Shown: positions 8,201 to 16,617, numbered from the stretch's first letter. The stretch is DNA of 24,000 nt from an uncultured delta proteobacterium (GCA_963769935.1 CAVYNY010000010.1:567890-591889); one strand, 5' to 3'. Notes: generated by a model from the letters alone, not told the origin. Numbers and translations are program-made.

Positions 8201-10596
8201 CGAAACCGGGCCTCTTTTTCCCGCATGCGCTCCCCCATCAGCTTACCTGCGGTAATGTCACGCAGTGATTCGATGGCACCCGCAACTTCACCGGCCGTAT
8301 TATAAAGCAGGCTGGCGGTCCCGCTGACATACATGCCGTTCTCGCCCAGCGCCGGGTGAAAGGATTCACTGATCAGGATTTCGCCGTCCTTTCTAACCGA
8401 CAGGTATTTCTTTTCATAGGTTGCATCCCAATCTTTTACCAGGTCGATTAAGACGGGGCGTCTTTCGCCGTAAAACGGCAAAGCATATTCATAATTACCC
8501 TTGCCGATCATATCCTCGGCGGGGATATTCAGAAGGTTTTCCATGGCCTTGTTCCAGGCGATCACGATGCCGTCGCAATCGATCACCCAGGTGGGGTCCG
8601 GTAAAAAATCGATAATCTGGGCCAGACGCCGCTGGGATTCCTTGGATGCTTTTTCAGTCCGCTGGCGCTCTTTCACTTCCCTGGCCAAAGTCCTGTTCCA
8701 GCGAAGAATGATAAGCAGAATAATTGCCGAGATCCCCACAGCGGCTGCCGCCACCCGGATGACCAAGCCCCAATCCACCTGTTGCTCAAAGCGGACATTG
8801 ATCCAGCGGTTTTGAATGTCTGTTTTTTCCGAATCCGGGACGGTGCCCAAGCTGATATTCAGGATGTTGACCAGGTCGGGCCAGTCTTTGCGCACCGCAA
8901 AGCGAAGATCATAGGTATCGGGGGTGGTCGTGACAATCTTGAGGTTGCTCAAACCCAATTTCTGCGTGGTATAGGTAATGGAGGCGAGATCGCCCACGAA
9001 GGCGTCTATGTGTTTCCTTGACAGGGCTCGCAGCGCATCCTCGATGTTGTCTGCCAGGTAAAACCTGCGGTTCGGATATTTCTCTAGGAGATATTCCTGA
9101 TTCGCACGATCTCGGACGAGGCCCACGCGACCGTCCTTAAAATCCTTGACAGTATTGCCGAATGGGACATTGTCCCGGGTGAGAATAACTTTGGGAGAAC
9201 TCAGGTAGGGATTTGTGAACAGAAAAACCTGCGACAGCTCCGGGGTCTTCGCCACACAGGGCAAAACGTCAATTTTTCCTGCTCGGGCAGCGTTCATGAC
9301 TTGAGTCCGGCTAAGCCCTTCAACCGGTTGCATGTTTATCTTCAACTGCCGGTTTAAGCGGCGGACATAATCTGCGGCGATTCCCGCAAAGATATGGGCG
9401 GCATCGAAATATTCAAACGGCGGCCGGTCCGGGTCCACACCGAGGCGGATATTTTTGTGCGCTGCCAGCCATGCCTTTTCGTCCACCGTCAGTTCGATGC
9501 TTCTTTGCCGGGGGGCGAGACGGGCCGCAATTTCATTCAGATCAAACTGGTACAGCTTGAGGGTTGGATTTTGGGCTTTGGAGAATTGACGAAAATCCAG
9601 CGATCGCACGGCCTGGGAGGTAAACGGAGCCAGGCTTTGGGCGTTGGCCCGCGTCAGGGCGACCATGGCCGATCCGAACTGCAGCTGTTCATTGGCGAAA
9701 TCGACGCCGTTGAGGTAGTCGAACAACAAGACGACGGCCCAGGCTCCATCCAAAAAGTGTCCTCCCACACTCACCTGCATATGGTCCTGCTGAATGGCTT
9801 CGAGGGCGTCTTTATCCCAATCGACCCCGCCGATGAGGATTTTCCGCTTTAGATGCAGCTCTTGAACAGCCTTCACCACACCCATCGCCATATTGTCGTT
9901 GGCGCACCACACAATGTTCACATTCGAATGCGAGCTGTAATAATCTTTAAATTGGTCATAGGCGGTTTGGCGGTTCCATTTGCCCGCGACAATTTTGAAG
10001 GCATCCAGCCCCTTTAAGTGTTTCAGATATTGGCTAAGGCCTCTCACCCGGTCGATGGAAGACTCATCTTTGGGATTGCCCTCGATGGCAAGCACATCAA
10101 AACGCTCGATGCCTTTTGATCTGGCCTCATTGATCAGTTGCTGAATGAGAAGGGTCCCGGCCTTGACATCATCCGGCAGCACACTGCTGATCCAGTATTC
10201 ATATTTGGTGCGCGGCAGAAGATCCTTTTCCGGCAGTTGGGAATTAATGAGTATGGCGGGCGTTTTATGATCTTCGGCAATCTGCAGGATCCGTTCGCCG
10301 GTGTTTTGGTACGCCAGAAAAATAATGCCGTCAATTCCTCCCCGGACGGCTTCTCTAACCTGCGCCACCATTTTCTCCGGATCGTCGTCGGCGTTAAAGG
10401 CCTGAAGTGTCACTCCCAGATCCGCGGCGGCTTCTTTAGTGAAAAAGACGGCTTTCGTCCAGAAAGGATCGTCGCGAGGGTAAAAAATGGCAACCTTGAA
10501 GTTTTTGGCGTATAGCGGCGGCGGCGCTGCGAGGCCTAAAAGAAGCAAGCATGTAATAAGAATTGAAAAAATGCATGGGGGAGTGAAACGTGCCAT
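5284..10596 (-). CDS. Hybrid sensor histidine kinase, 1770 aa: signal peptide, PBP type-1-like domain, SBP_bac_3-like domain, TM, PAS x2-3, HisKA, HATPase, REC, REC, HPt, C-terminal extension
   Basis: Uninterrupted 5.3-kb ORF. Signal peptide: [30 protein letters not shown]. Sugar-binding-protein-like region: [13 protein letters not shown]...[11 protein letters not shown]. Amino-acid-binding-like region: [16 protein letters not shown]... TM: [23 protein letters not shown]-box: [18 protein letters not shown] boxes: [26 protein letters not shown]1: [24 protein letters not shown]2: [35 protein letters not shown]. HPt: [14 protein letters not shown]. Confidence 0.92.
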   Translation of the reverse strand: MARFTPPCIFSILITCLLLLGLAAPPPLYAKNFKVAIFYPRDDPFWTKAVFFTKEAAADLGVTLQAFNADDDPEKMVAQVREAVRGGIDGIIFLAYQNTGERILQIAEDHKTPAILINSQLPEKDLLPRTKYEYWISSVLPDDVKAGTLLIQQLINEARSKGIERFDVLAIEGNPKDESSIDRVRGLSQYLKHLKGLDAFKIVAGKWNRQTAYDQFKDYYSSHSNVNIVWCANDNMAMGVVKAVQELHLKRKILIGGVDWDKDALEAIQQDHMQVSVGGHFLDGAWAVVLLFDYLNGVDFANEQLQFGSAMVALTRANAQSLAPFTSQAVRSLDFRQFSKAQNPTLKLYQFDLNEIAARLAPRQRSIELTVDEKAWLAAHKNIRLGVDPDRPPFEYFDAAHIFAGIAADYVRRLNRQLKINMQPVEGLSRTQVMNAARAGKIDVLPCVAKTPELSQVFLFTNPYLSSPKVILTRDNVPFGNTVKDFKDGRVGLVRDRANQEYLLEKYPNRRFYLADNIEDALRALSRKHIDAFVGDLASITYTTQKLGLSNLKIVTTTPDTYDLRFAVRKDWPDLVNILNISLGTVPDSEKTDIQNRWINVRFEQQVDWGLVIRVAAAAVGISAIILLIILRWNRTLAREVKERQRTEKASKESQRRLAQIIDFLPDPTWVIDCDGIVIAWNKAMENLLNIPAEDMIGKGNYEYALPFYGERRPVLIDLVKDWDATYEKKYLSVRKDGEILISESFHPALGENGMYVSGTASLLYNTAGEVAGAIESLRDITAGKLMGERMREKEARFRSYFEHSQTGMAITSPVKGWVEANDQLQRMFGYTLDELRQMTWAELTHPDDLTADVKQFERMLTGQIDNYTLDKRFIRKDGAIVYTNITVACTRDEKGDVLDVLASFLDITERKQMENDLHERIKELDEAQSAMLNIMEKLDEEKVKAEAATRAKSDFLANMSHEIRTPMNAVIGMAHLALKTELTPKQQDYLNKIQSSANSLLGIINDILDFSKIEAGKLEMEVVEFDLSETVDNVANVITIKAQEKKNLEVLFYLDSRVPNFLVGDPLRLNQILVNLGNNAVKFTEQGEIVLTTRIKMRSEDKVTLQFSVRDTGIGMTAEQQAKLFQAFSQADTSTTRKYGGTGLGLTISKRLVNLMGGEIWVESASGKGTTFNFTAVFGLGKDAVKKRFVPSPDIRGLKVLVVDDNATSRQILQEILESFSFEVFLAASGQAALAEIERVDRDKPFELVIMDWKMPGMDGIEAAGRIKTHKQLSKIPAIVLVTAYGREDIMRQADQIGLDGFLIKPVSSSMLFDAVMQALGKELHDISPAGRPNEPSAGQLKAIYGARVLLVEDNEINQQVAKEILEGAGLTVTIANNGQEAVDLVKSAEFEAVLMDVQMPVMDGYTATRQIRMWEAENLKPSAKSIAHSVNAEDRGPAVALRAMARQAEDIGQKTEDIGQRVGDSGNKTEYRDETFSLSPLAFGLPIIAMTAHAMSGDEQKSLAAGMNDHVTKPIDPDQLFAALQKWIKPVSGRIVVQKSLTASVGPPASDASAGAVQAEPDEDHLPESLPGFDLAAGLARLMGNKHLYRKLLLDFGANYGSAAAEIREALAANDFNHTHSLIHNLKGLAGNLAAVDLQAAAVAMEKLVKGQTAKSASEKELNRKLTELESALEQALDAVKIIAPTAEKKTNERIGGGTLVVPHNLAQKAADRIKAAAEMGDVMQAAAIAEELKSEDNVLIPFCDKIIQLSEDFDVDGILKLANELKS
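6136..6345 (-). repeat. In-frame, heptamer-built 70-codon segment in the alpha3-beta4 loop of REC2 of the 1770-aa kinase
   Basis: It lies between the conserved IRMWE and [10 protein letters not shown] motifs. On the plus strand there are three blocks of 7-nt tandem units. Block 1, 6140-6167: ccaaagg ctaaagg tgaaagg ctaaagg. Block 2, 6183-6252: ten in-phase units including ctgtcct atgtcct ctgtctt ctgacct atgtctt. Block 3, 6303-6330: cactatg cgctatg ctctttg cgctagg. REC1 of the same protein has only 7 residues in this loop. Confidence 0.6.
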
Positions 10597-11035
10597 TGCC
10601 GCCTCTTGCTAAGTGCATGTATTCGTAAATACGCTAACGTATAAGAATAAAGCCGAACTATTGACAAAATACTGTTTTCCTGTGAATACGTTACTGTAAT
10701 TACGAAATAGAGTACTACTTCTTTAGGTATAAGGTTTGTCCTCCGGTCCTTGGGCAACTGTTATCAAATGGGATCGGAGGAACCTTTTCGGGGACGCCGC
10801 TCGAAGCGGTTGGTTTAGATTAAACTAAACACGAAACGCCAAAAACCAAATATCAAGCACCAGAAATTCTTGCCAAAAGATTCGTTTTTAACTTTTTACA
10901 TCGCCATCATTTTAGCTAATCAATCTGCCCTGACTGCCCTGAAAAATAACGAAAATTCAGACAATGGCTCATTATTTTCATTTGGGTAGTCTGTCAATTT
11001 TATAAAGATCGATAGAGCGAAGCGATTCAATAATT

Positions 11036-11072
11036 TTAGGCACTTTAGGCACTTTAGATCATTTTAGGCACT
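11036..11072. repeat. Tandem 9-mer array TTAGGCACT (3 good copies and 1 degenerate) in the inter-kinase spacer
   Basis: ttaggcact at 11036-11044, 11045-11053 and 11064-11072, with degenerate ttagatcat at 11054-11062. aggcacttt also occurs at 5151-5159. Confidence 0.6.
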
Positions 11073-11144
11073 TTTTTACAATACAATATCAGTATGTTAT
11101 AAAAGCTGCCGGAAGTTAAAATAAATAGGACACAGCAGAATTGA

Positions 11145-14114
11145 TTATCTTCTCAATTCATCCGCCAATTCCAGGATACCACTCAGGTCAAAATCCTCAG
11201 ACAGTTGAATTATTTTGTCACAAAAAGGTGTGAGACCATTATTTTCAGACTTCAACGTTTTGGCAATCGATGCTATTTGCACCACATCTCCCATTTCAGC
11301 CGCCGCTTTGATGCGATCGGCCAGGTCTCGAGCTATTTCGGGGGCTATACAGGCCATTTCGGATTCGGTGCACGCGACGGTTTTCTTTTCAGACATGGGA
11401 ACCAGGGTTTGAACCGCGTCCAGCGCCTGCCCGAGAGCTTCTTGCAGGTCTGTTAATTTCCGGTTCAATTCTGTATCGGAGGCCGCCTCCCCTGCCCACC
11501 CTTTAACGAGTTTTTCCATTGCCACCGCTGCTGCCTGGAGGTCGACGGCGGCCAGATTTCCGGCCAGCCCCTTCAAGTTGTGAACCAGGCCGTGGGCACG
11601 ATTAAAATCTTTGGCCGCCAATGCCTCACGGATGTCAGCGGCGGCGCCGCAGCAGCTGGCGCCGAAATCAAGCAACAGCTTGCGGTAAAGGCGCTTGTTG
11701 TCCATCAGACGCGCCAGACCCGCCGCCAGATCAAAGCCCGGCAAAGATTCAGGCAGTTCATCTTCATCCGTCTTCGCCTGAACAGCCTGCGCTGGTGCAT
11801 CAGGTACCGGTGACCCTCCTGAGGCGGGCAAACTTTTTGGGTCGACGATCCGCTCTGCAGCCGGTTTGATCCACTTCTGCAGGGCGGCAAACAGCTGGTC
11901 CGGATCAATGGGTTTGGTCACATGATCGTTCATCCCGGCCGCCAAACTCCTCTCCCGATCGCCGGCCATGGCATGGGCCGTCATCGCGATGATAGGAATG
12001 GGATGCTGGATGCTGGATACTGGATACTGGATACTGGTTGGCGGCAGTTCAGAGGACTGAGGACCCGTCTTCGTCGGGGTAAGTGAGGGAATACGCCGCG
12101 GCGAGCTGAGGACCGAGGGTTGGCCCTCGATTTCGGATTTTAAATCAGAATCCTCTCCGACAGTCTTCCTTGTTTTCAATACATCAGTATCCGCGTTAGC
12201 GGAGACTGATTCCCACTTCCGGATCTCCCGTGTGGCTTCAAAACCGTTCATCTCAGGCATCTGTATATCCATGAGCACCACATCGTAGATCCGCTCCTTG
12301 ACCATCGCCGCTGCTTCTTTGCCGTTGTTGGCAATGCTCACCACCAATCCTGCGTTCTCCAGAATCTCCTGCGCCACCTGCTGATTGATCGCATTGTCCT
12401 CCGCCAGCAGCACTTTTGCCCCGCGAATCTTATCAAGCTCCTGCGCCGCATCGGTCCCCGCCCGGGCTTCGCGCTCAAGCTCAGGAACTTCCTTGCCGAA
12501 AGCGGCCATGATCGCGTCAAAAAGCATGGACTGGCTCACGGGTTTGAGGAGAAAACCATCCAAGCCTATTTTCTCGGATATCCGCATGAGCTCTTCACGG
12601 CCATAGGCCGTCACGATGATAATCTTGGGCTTGCGGGGGATGTCGGAATGCCTGTTGATAATTTCGGAAGCCTCAATGCCATCCATCCCCGGCATTTTCC
12701 AGTCCATCACCACCAGCTGATACGGCCGGAGCTTCGCTTCCCTCGCCAGTTCTGCGATGCCCTCCTCCGCCGAGGCTGCCACTGAAACCTCAAAACTCAT
12801 GCTCGCAAGCAGCGTCTGTAGAATCTCACGGGAGGATGCATTGTCGTCCACGACTAAAACCCGCATCCCCTTCAGATCCAGCGACGGCTCCAGGTATCTC
12901 TCCGTCACTCTCCCCGTTAAACCGAATTTTGCGGTGAATATGAAATTGCTGCTCTTGCCGGGTTCGCTCTCAACCCAGATTTCCCCTTTCATCATGTTCA
13001 CCAGGTGCTTGGAGATGGTCAGCCCGAGCCCCGTTCCCCCGAACTTGCGCGTCGTGGACGAATCCGCCTGGGTAAAGGCCTCAAACAGCTTCTGCCTCTG
13101 CTCGGGGGTCACTCCGATCCCCGTGTCGCGAACGGAAAATCGAAGCATCACCCATTGTTCCTCTTTTTCCACCATTTCGGTGGCAAGCACGATCTCTCCG
13201 GCCTCTGTAAACTTCACCGCATTGTTGCACAGGTTGGTCAGCACCTGGCCCAGCCGCAATGGATCCCCCACCAGCGCCATGGGCACCTCCGGCGCCGTAT
13301 CCATCAGGAACTCCAGCTTTTTGTCCTGAGCCTTCACACCGGCAATCGTCGCTACGTTATCCAGGACTTCATCCAAGCCGAAATCCACAGACTCCATGTG
13401 CAGCTTCCCCGCTTCAATCTTGGAAAAATCCAAAATGTCGTTGATGATTCCCAGCAGGGAATTGGCGGAACGCTGGATCTTGTTCAAATAATCCTCTTGC
13501 TTGGGGGTCAAGGCCGTCCGAAGCGCCAAATGAGCCATTCCGATCACGGCATTCATGGGGGTCCGGATCTCATGACTCATGTTGGCCAGAAAATCGCTCT
13601 TGGCTTTTGTGGCGGCCTCGGCCGCCTGCTTGGCGAGGTGCAGTTCCTCAGCTCTGGTTTTTAATTCTTCGTTTTTGGCCTTCAGGTCGTTCAAAAGTTC
13701 CAGCCTGGAGGGACGTGCCAGACTTTGTCTTTGCATTTCGACAAACTCATCCGACAGGTGACCGGCGCTATCCGGCAGATAGCTGAATGTCCTGATTCTG
13801 ACCGTCTTCTGCTCAGTGCGGTCGATTTCAAATGTGTCAAAAAAAAATTTTAAATTCGGCATTGAGATCAATTGCTCAGGGCACTGAAAGGTCATCCATA
13901 GTCCGCTCCGGCCCTCACGCCGGTCAATGCCGACAGAAATTTTTGTGCCCTTGCCGCCCTTTCTTCCCAAGCCGGTGATTTCAGAAACAATCGTTTCCAG
14001 CCGGGTGGCATGAATCGGTTCGCAGCCTAAATCTTCGGCCAGCAAGCGAATCTTTTTCCGCGCCGCAACTCTGGTATTTTCGTTCTTTACCGATAAATTA
14101 CCGAGTTTGATCAT
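11145..14114 (-). CDS. Cytoplasmic hybrid histidine kinase, 989 aa: novel N-terminal domain, coiled coil, HisKA, HATPase, REC, REC, HPt, C-terminal extension. Paralogue of the 1770-aa kinase.
   Basis: Intact ORF with RBS GGAGG and a start that overlaps the rsbX-like stop by 17 nt. No TM segment. H-box [16 protein letters not shown]; [10 protein letters not shown]; DTGIGV; GGTGLGL. REC1: [27 protein letters not shown]2: [35 protein letters not shown]. HPt: [14 protein letters not shown]. From the H-box to the C-terminus it aligns by eye at roughly 70-75% identity with the 1770-aa protein. Confidence 0.92.
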   Translation of the reverse strand: MIKLGNLSVKNENTRVAARKKIRLLAEDLGCEPIHATRLETIVSEITGLGRKGGKGTKISVGIDRREGRSGLWMTFQCPEQLISMPNLKFFFDTFEIDRTEQKTVRIRTFSYLPDSAGHLSDEFVEMQRQSLARPSRLELLNDLKAKNEELKTRAEELHLAKQAAEAATKAKSDFLANMSHEIRTPMNAVIGMAHLALRTALTPKQEDYLNKIQRSANSLLGIINDILDFSKIEAGKLHMESVDFGLDEVLDNVATIAGVKAQDKKLEFLMDTAPEVPMALVGDPLRLGQVLTNLCNNAVKFTEAGEIVLATEMVEKEEQWVMLRFSVRDTGIGVTPEQRQKLFEAFTQADSSTTRKFGGTGLGLTISKHLVNMMKGEIWVESEPGKSSNFIFTAKFGLTGRVTERYLEPSLDLKGMRVLVVDDNASSREILQTLLASMSFEVSVAASAEEGIAELAREAKLRPYQLVVMDWKMPGMDGIEASEIINRHSDIPRKPKIIIVTAYGREELMRISEKIGLDGFLLKPVSQSMLFDAIMAAFGKEVPELEREARAGTDAAQELDKIRGAKVLLAEDNAINQQVAQEILENAGLVVSIANNGKEAAAMVKERIYDVVLMDIQMPEMNGFEATREIRKWESVSANADTDVLKTRKTVGEDSDLKSEIEGQPSVLSSPRRIPSLTPTKTGPQSSELPPTSIQYPVSSIQHPIPIIAMTAHAMAGDRERSLAAGMNDHVTKPIDPDQLFAALQKWIKPAAERIVDPKSLPASGGSPVPDAPAQAVQAKTDEDELPESLPGFDLAAGLARLMDNKRLYRKLLLDFGASCCGAAADIREALAAKDFNRAHGLVHNLKGLAGNLAAVDLQAAAVAMEKLVKGWAGEAASDTELNRKLTDLQEALGQALDAVQTLVPMSEKKTVACTESEMACIAPEIARDLADRIKAAAEMGDVVQIASIAKTLKSENNGLTPFCDKIIQLSEDFDLSGILELADELRR
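12000..12209 (-). repeat. In-frame segment of about 70 codons in the alpha3-beta4 loop of REC2 of the 989-aa kinase, containing a 7-nt tandem array
   Basis: It lies between IRKWE and (I)[10 protein letters not shown]. Plus strand 12001-12035 reads ggatgct ggatgct ggatact ggatact ggatact, which encodes [13 protein letters not shown]; the repeat is therefore at DNA level, not protein level. The distal end has cagtatcc (12186-12193), complementary to ggatactg. There is an internal hairpin GAGGGttggCCCTC. Confidence 0.6.
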
Positions 14115-14709
14115 GCTTCCTACCTCCCAGATACTTCAGCACAATACAGGATGCGTCATCATTTTCCTTCCAAAATTGCTTGAGCAGCGCGCTGGCGATG
14201 GATTCCGCGGTACCTTTCAGTATTTCCGGACACTCGGAGAGTTCGAAATGCTCCTTAATGCCGTCTGAATGCATAACGAGAACATCTCCAGCCAATAGTT
14301 TCAGGGCTTGCTTTTTGACGGTGGACATCATGTAGCCGACGATTCCATCTCTGGAAACGAATCGAACGGCCCTCGGACCGAGCACCCTTACCACGATGTT
14401 GCCCATACCGACGTAAATCAGCTCGCCTGTCGCGGTGTCCAAACGGCAAATGGCCGCCACGGCGCCCCGCGTGCCCTTGAGACACGTATGCAGACCCTGC
14501 ATAACTTCGACCGGCTCTTTGCGGCAATTCTGTTCCAGATACGTTTGGGCTGTAAGCGCAACATCATGCGCTTCGCGCCCGTGGCCCAGCACATCAACCA
14601 GTGCCAGAAAACACCGGCCGTCAAACTCTTTTATGACCCCCGTGTCGCCGCATTCAGCTTCTCTTCGGGTAAGCGCTCGCTTTACCAGATGGCAGTCCAC
14701 TCTTGACAT
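14098..14709 (-). CDS. rsbX: PP2C/SpoIIE-type serine phosphatase, RsbX-like (about 203 aa)
   Basis: The start is taken at MSRVDCHL (ATG 14709) inside track ORF 14098..14997, because the upstream part of that ORF overlaps the rsbT-like gene. The sequence ECGDTG...ALVDVLGHG...[12 protein letters not shown]...GMGNIVVRV...LVMHSDGI parallels B. subtilis RsbX (..CGDSF..AVADGLGSG..RGATASILK..SVGNVRF..IIHTDGL). Confidence 0.8.
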   Translation of the reverse strand: MSRVDCHLVKRALTRREAECGDTGVIKEFDGRCFLALVDVLGHGREAHDVALTAQTYLEQNCRKEPVEVMQGLHTCLKGTRGAVAAICRLDTATGELIYVGMGNIVVRVLGPRAVRFVSRDGIVGYMMSTVKKQALKLLAGDVLVMHSDGIKEHFELSECPEILKGTAESIASALLKQFWKENDDASCIVLKYLGGRKHDQTR

Positions 14710-15142
14710 AATCGCCCCACTTCCGTGTTGAAACAACGGTGCCGCGCCCCGGCTGAGACTCGATCCTGAACTCGTCCATAATCCGTTTAACGCTCGGCAA
14801 TCCCAGCCCCAGGCTGCCTTTAGTCGTGCTGAAATTATCCTGCAGCGCCTGTTCGATGTCTCTGATTCCCGGCCCGTCGTCACGGGCAATAATTTCGATG
14901 CCCAAGCGGTTGTTGCGTTGGACAATTCGCAAGGTAAGTTCGCCTTTTTGGGCATAGTTGACGATGTTGGTCGCGAGCTCTGAAGCCGCTGTGGCAATCA
15001 AAAACTGATTGACTTCATCGAAACCGGCCGCAGCAGCCAGGTGTCTCGCCGCTGTAATCACCTGCTCCTTGTCGTTCTGATCGGACAGCAGGATTCGTCT
15101 TTCATTATATTTCGGCGGGGCGGCCCGTTCATTGTTCACCAT
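14654..15142 (-). CDS. rsbT: RsbT-like GHKL serine kinase / switch protein (anti-sigma regulatory factor family)
   Basis: ATG 15142 has an AAGGGG RBS; the track ORF starts at GTG 15157. The start overlaps the rsbS-like stop by 14 nt. The sequence VITAARHLAAAAGFDEVNQFLIATAASELATNIVNYAQKGELTL..IIARDDGPGIRDIEQALQDNFSTTKGSLGLGLPSVKRIMDEF parallels B. subtilis RsbT (ISELARNIYLYAG..AEDQGPGIPD..GFSTSGGLGAGLPGVKRLMDEF). Confidence 0.85.
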   Translation of the reverse strand: MVNNERAAPPKYNERRILLSDQNDKEQVITAARHLAAAAGFDEVNQFLIATAASELATNIVNYAQKGELTLRIVQRNNRLGIEIIARDDGPGIRDIEQALQDNFSTTKGSLGLGLPSVKRIMDEFRIESQPGRGTVVSTRKWGDYVKSGLPSGKASAYPKRS

Positions 15143-15584
15143 CGCTGTCCCCTTCACCGTTTTCTATTACGATGCTATCCGGGTCCTCAGCGTCCTGAAC
15201 CCCCTCCTGAATCGATAAAACGTTTTGGATCTGCTCGAACCCGTCTTCCATGGTCAGGGCCGCACGGATACCATCGATTTCGACCTCCAGATCGATCAGC
15301 GACGATACGACGCCGGGCTGCAGGCCGACGAATACGTTCGCCACCCCCAGCAGCGACGTCATCCGCGCGGTGTCGGCCAGGAATTTGAACGCATGCGAAT
15401 CCAGGGCGCGCACCGTACTAAGGTCCAGTATCATCCCCCGTACTTTCGCTGCTTGAATTTTCTGCAAAATGGCCGTTCGAATTTTCATCAGCGTGTCATC
15501 GTAAAGCTCACCCTGCAAGGTAACCACAAGACAGCCGCGGATGGTGCTCATTGCGGTTTCGCTATCGATCAGCAGGCCTTTCAT
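15129..15584 (-). CDS. rsbS: RsbS-like STAS-domain protein with an acidic C-terminal tail
   Basis: The ATG lies 2 nt after the rsbR-like stop. The sequence CLVVTLQGELYDDTLMKIRTAILQKI..GMILDLSTVRALDSHAFKFLADTARMTSLLGVANVFVGLQPGVVSSLIDLEVE parallels B. subtilis RsbS, including the phosphorylatable Ser context (MIDSFIAK versus ALDSHAFK). Confidence 0.85.
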   Translation of the reverse strand: MKGLLIDSETAMSTIRGCLVVTLQGELYDDTLMKIRTAILQKIQAAKVRGMILDLSTVRALDSHAFKFLADTARMTSLLGVANVFVGLQPGVVSSLIDLEVEIDGIRAALTMEDGFEQIQNVLSIQEGVQDAEDPDSIVIENGEGDSDGEQ

Positions 15585-15586
15585 TA

Positions 15587-16411
15587 TCAGGATTTCCTCC
15601 CCAGGGGCTTGATTTCGCGCACCTCAAAATTCATCATCTTGAACGAATCCTCCAAGGCGTCTCTTAAAGTAGAGTTGGTCTTGACCTCACCCATCTCGAT
15701 TCCCAACTGGACGATCGTACTCGCCACAGCCGGCGAAATCCCGGAAATAATACACTGGCAGCCCATCAGCCGCGTGGCCTTGGTGATCTTGATCAGGTGA
15801 TTGGCCACGGCGGTGTCGACCGCTGCCACGCCCTGGATGTCAAGGATGATTACCTTGGCCGACGTCTCCTTTATTTTGGTCAGCATGGTGTTGGTCATCT
15901 GCTGAGCCCGCATGGAGTCGATCACACCCACCACCGGAAGGACCAGCACCCGGTCCCAGAGTTCGATGGTCGGCGTCGATATCTCCCGGATCGTGCGGCT
16001 TTGTTCTTCCAACCTTTGTTCATCGCGGACCTTCTCGCTGATGTCGAGCATAAATTCCAGACCTCCGATGACATTTCCTTCCGGGTCTTTGAGTGGGACG
16101 GCATAGTATTCAATGTACACGGTTTGATCGCCCATTGGAATCTCATTCCGACCGGACCGAACCTCATAATTCTCTATGGCCTGAAGCATTCGGCAGTCCA
16201 TGGTCTGGCAATGGGCTGAACCAAATAGATCGTAACAGTGCTGTGTTGCGACCTCCTCCCATGACTTGCCGAGGAATTTGCGACCGGCGGCATTCATGTA
16301 AATGATTTCCAAGTCTTTATTCACCGCCATTACCGGGGTAGGAATTTGTTCCAGAATCTGCTCCTGAATTCCAGAATATGCCTGATTTTCTGTTTTGATC
16401 TTTTCGTTCAT
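15587..16411 (-). CDS. rsbR: RsbR-like stressosome sensor: N-terminal Cys/His-rich PAS domain plus C-terminal STAS domain
   Basis: RBS AGGAG. The C-terminus VIILDIQGVAAVDTAVANHLIKITKATRLMGCQCIISGISPAVASTIVQLGIEM closely parallels B. subtilis RsbRA (IDITGVPVVDTMVAHHIIQASEAVRLVGCQAMLVGIRPEIAQTIVNLGIEL). The N-terminus is PAS-like (IPTPVMAVNKDLEIIYMNAAGRKFLG...). Confidence 0.85.
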   Translation of the reverse strand: MNEKIKTENQAYSGIQEQILEQIPTPVMAVNKDLEIIYMNAAGRKFLGKSWEEVATQHCYDLFGSAHCQTMDCRMLQAIENYEVRSGRNEIPMGDQTVYIEYYAVPLKDPEGNVIGGLEFMLDISEKVRDEQRLEEQSRTIREISTPTIELWDRVLVLPVVGVIDSMRAQQMTNTMLTKIKETSAKVIILDIQGVAAVDTAVANHLIKITKATRLMGCQCIISGISPAVASTIVQLGIEMGEVKTNSTLRDALEDSFKMMNFEVREIKPLGRKS

Positions 16412-16481
16412 TTTTTTCTCCTTTTTTATAAGGACAATACAGTCTTAACTTTGATTTCGTTGAATATTTTTAATTTTTTTT

Positions 16482-16560
16482 ATCACGAAAATACGAAATA
16501 TAGAAAGCACGAAATTTATCTTATCTTTTTCGTGTTTTCGTCCTTTCGTGCTTTCGTGAT
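16482..16560. repeat. Imperfect 33-nt inverted repeat built of (t)ttcgtg(n) 7-8-mers, between the asmA-like and rsbR-like genes
   Basis: Left arm 16482-16514: atcacgaaaatacgaaatatagaaagcacgaaa. Right arm 16528-16560: tttcgtgt tttcgtcc tttcgtgc tttcgtga t. 26 of 33 positions are complementary, with a 13-nt loop. T-runs flank it on the plus strand only. Confidence 0.6.
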
Positions 16561-16617
16561 TATTTTTTTGGTTTTCGCGGACCCGGGTTAGGGTTTTAAA
16601 CCGATATTCAACCGAGT

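Noticed and set aside
10589-10606. TGGCAC on the minus strand at the start of the 1770-aa kinase as a third sigma-54 promoter
   Set aside because: The sequence 5 nt downstream is ACTCC, so there is no GC at the -12 position. The motif lies inside the first codons of the ORF.
14710-14997. N-terminal 96 codons of track ORF 14098..14997 as part of the phosphatase
   Set aside because: This portion overlaps the well-supported rsbT-like gene in another frame and has no PP2C similarity. The RsbX-like alignment starts about 20 residues before the CGD motif, which fits the internal ATG at 14709.
16482-16560. The hairpin as the intrinsic terminator of the asmA-like gene
   Set aside because: On the sense (minus) transcript the stem is followed by an A-tract, not a U-tract. 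U-tracts exist only on the opposite strand.
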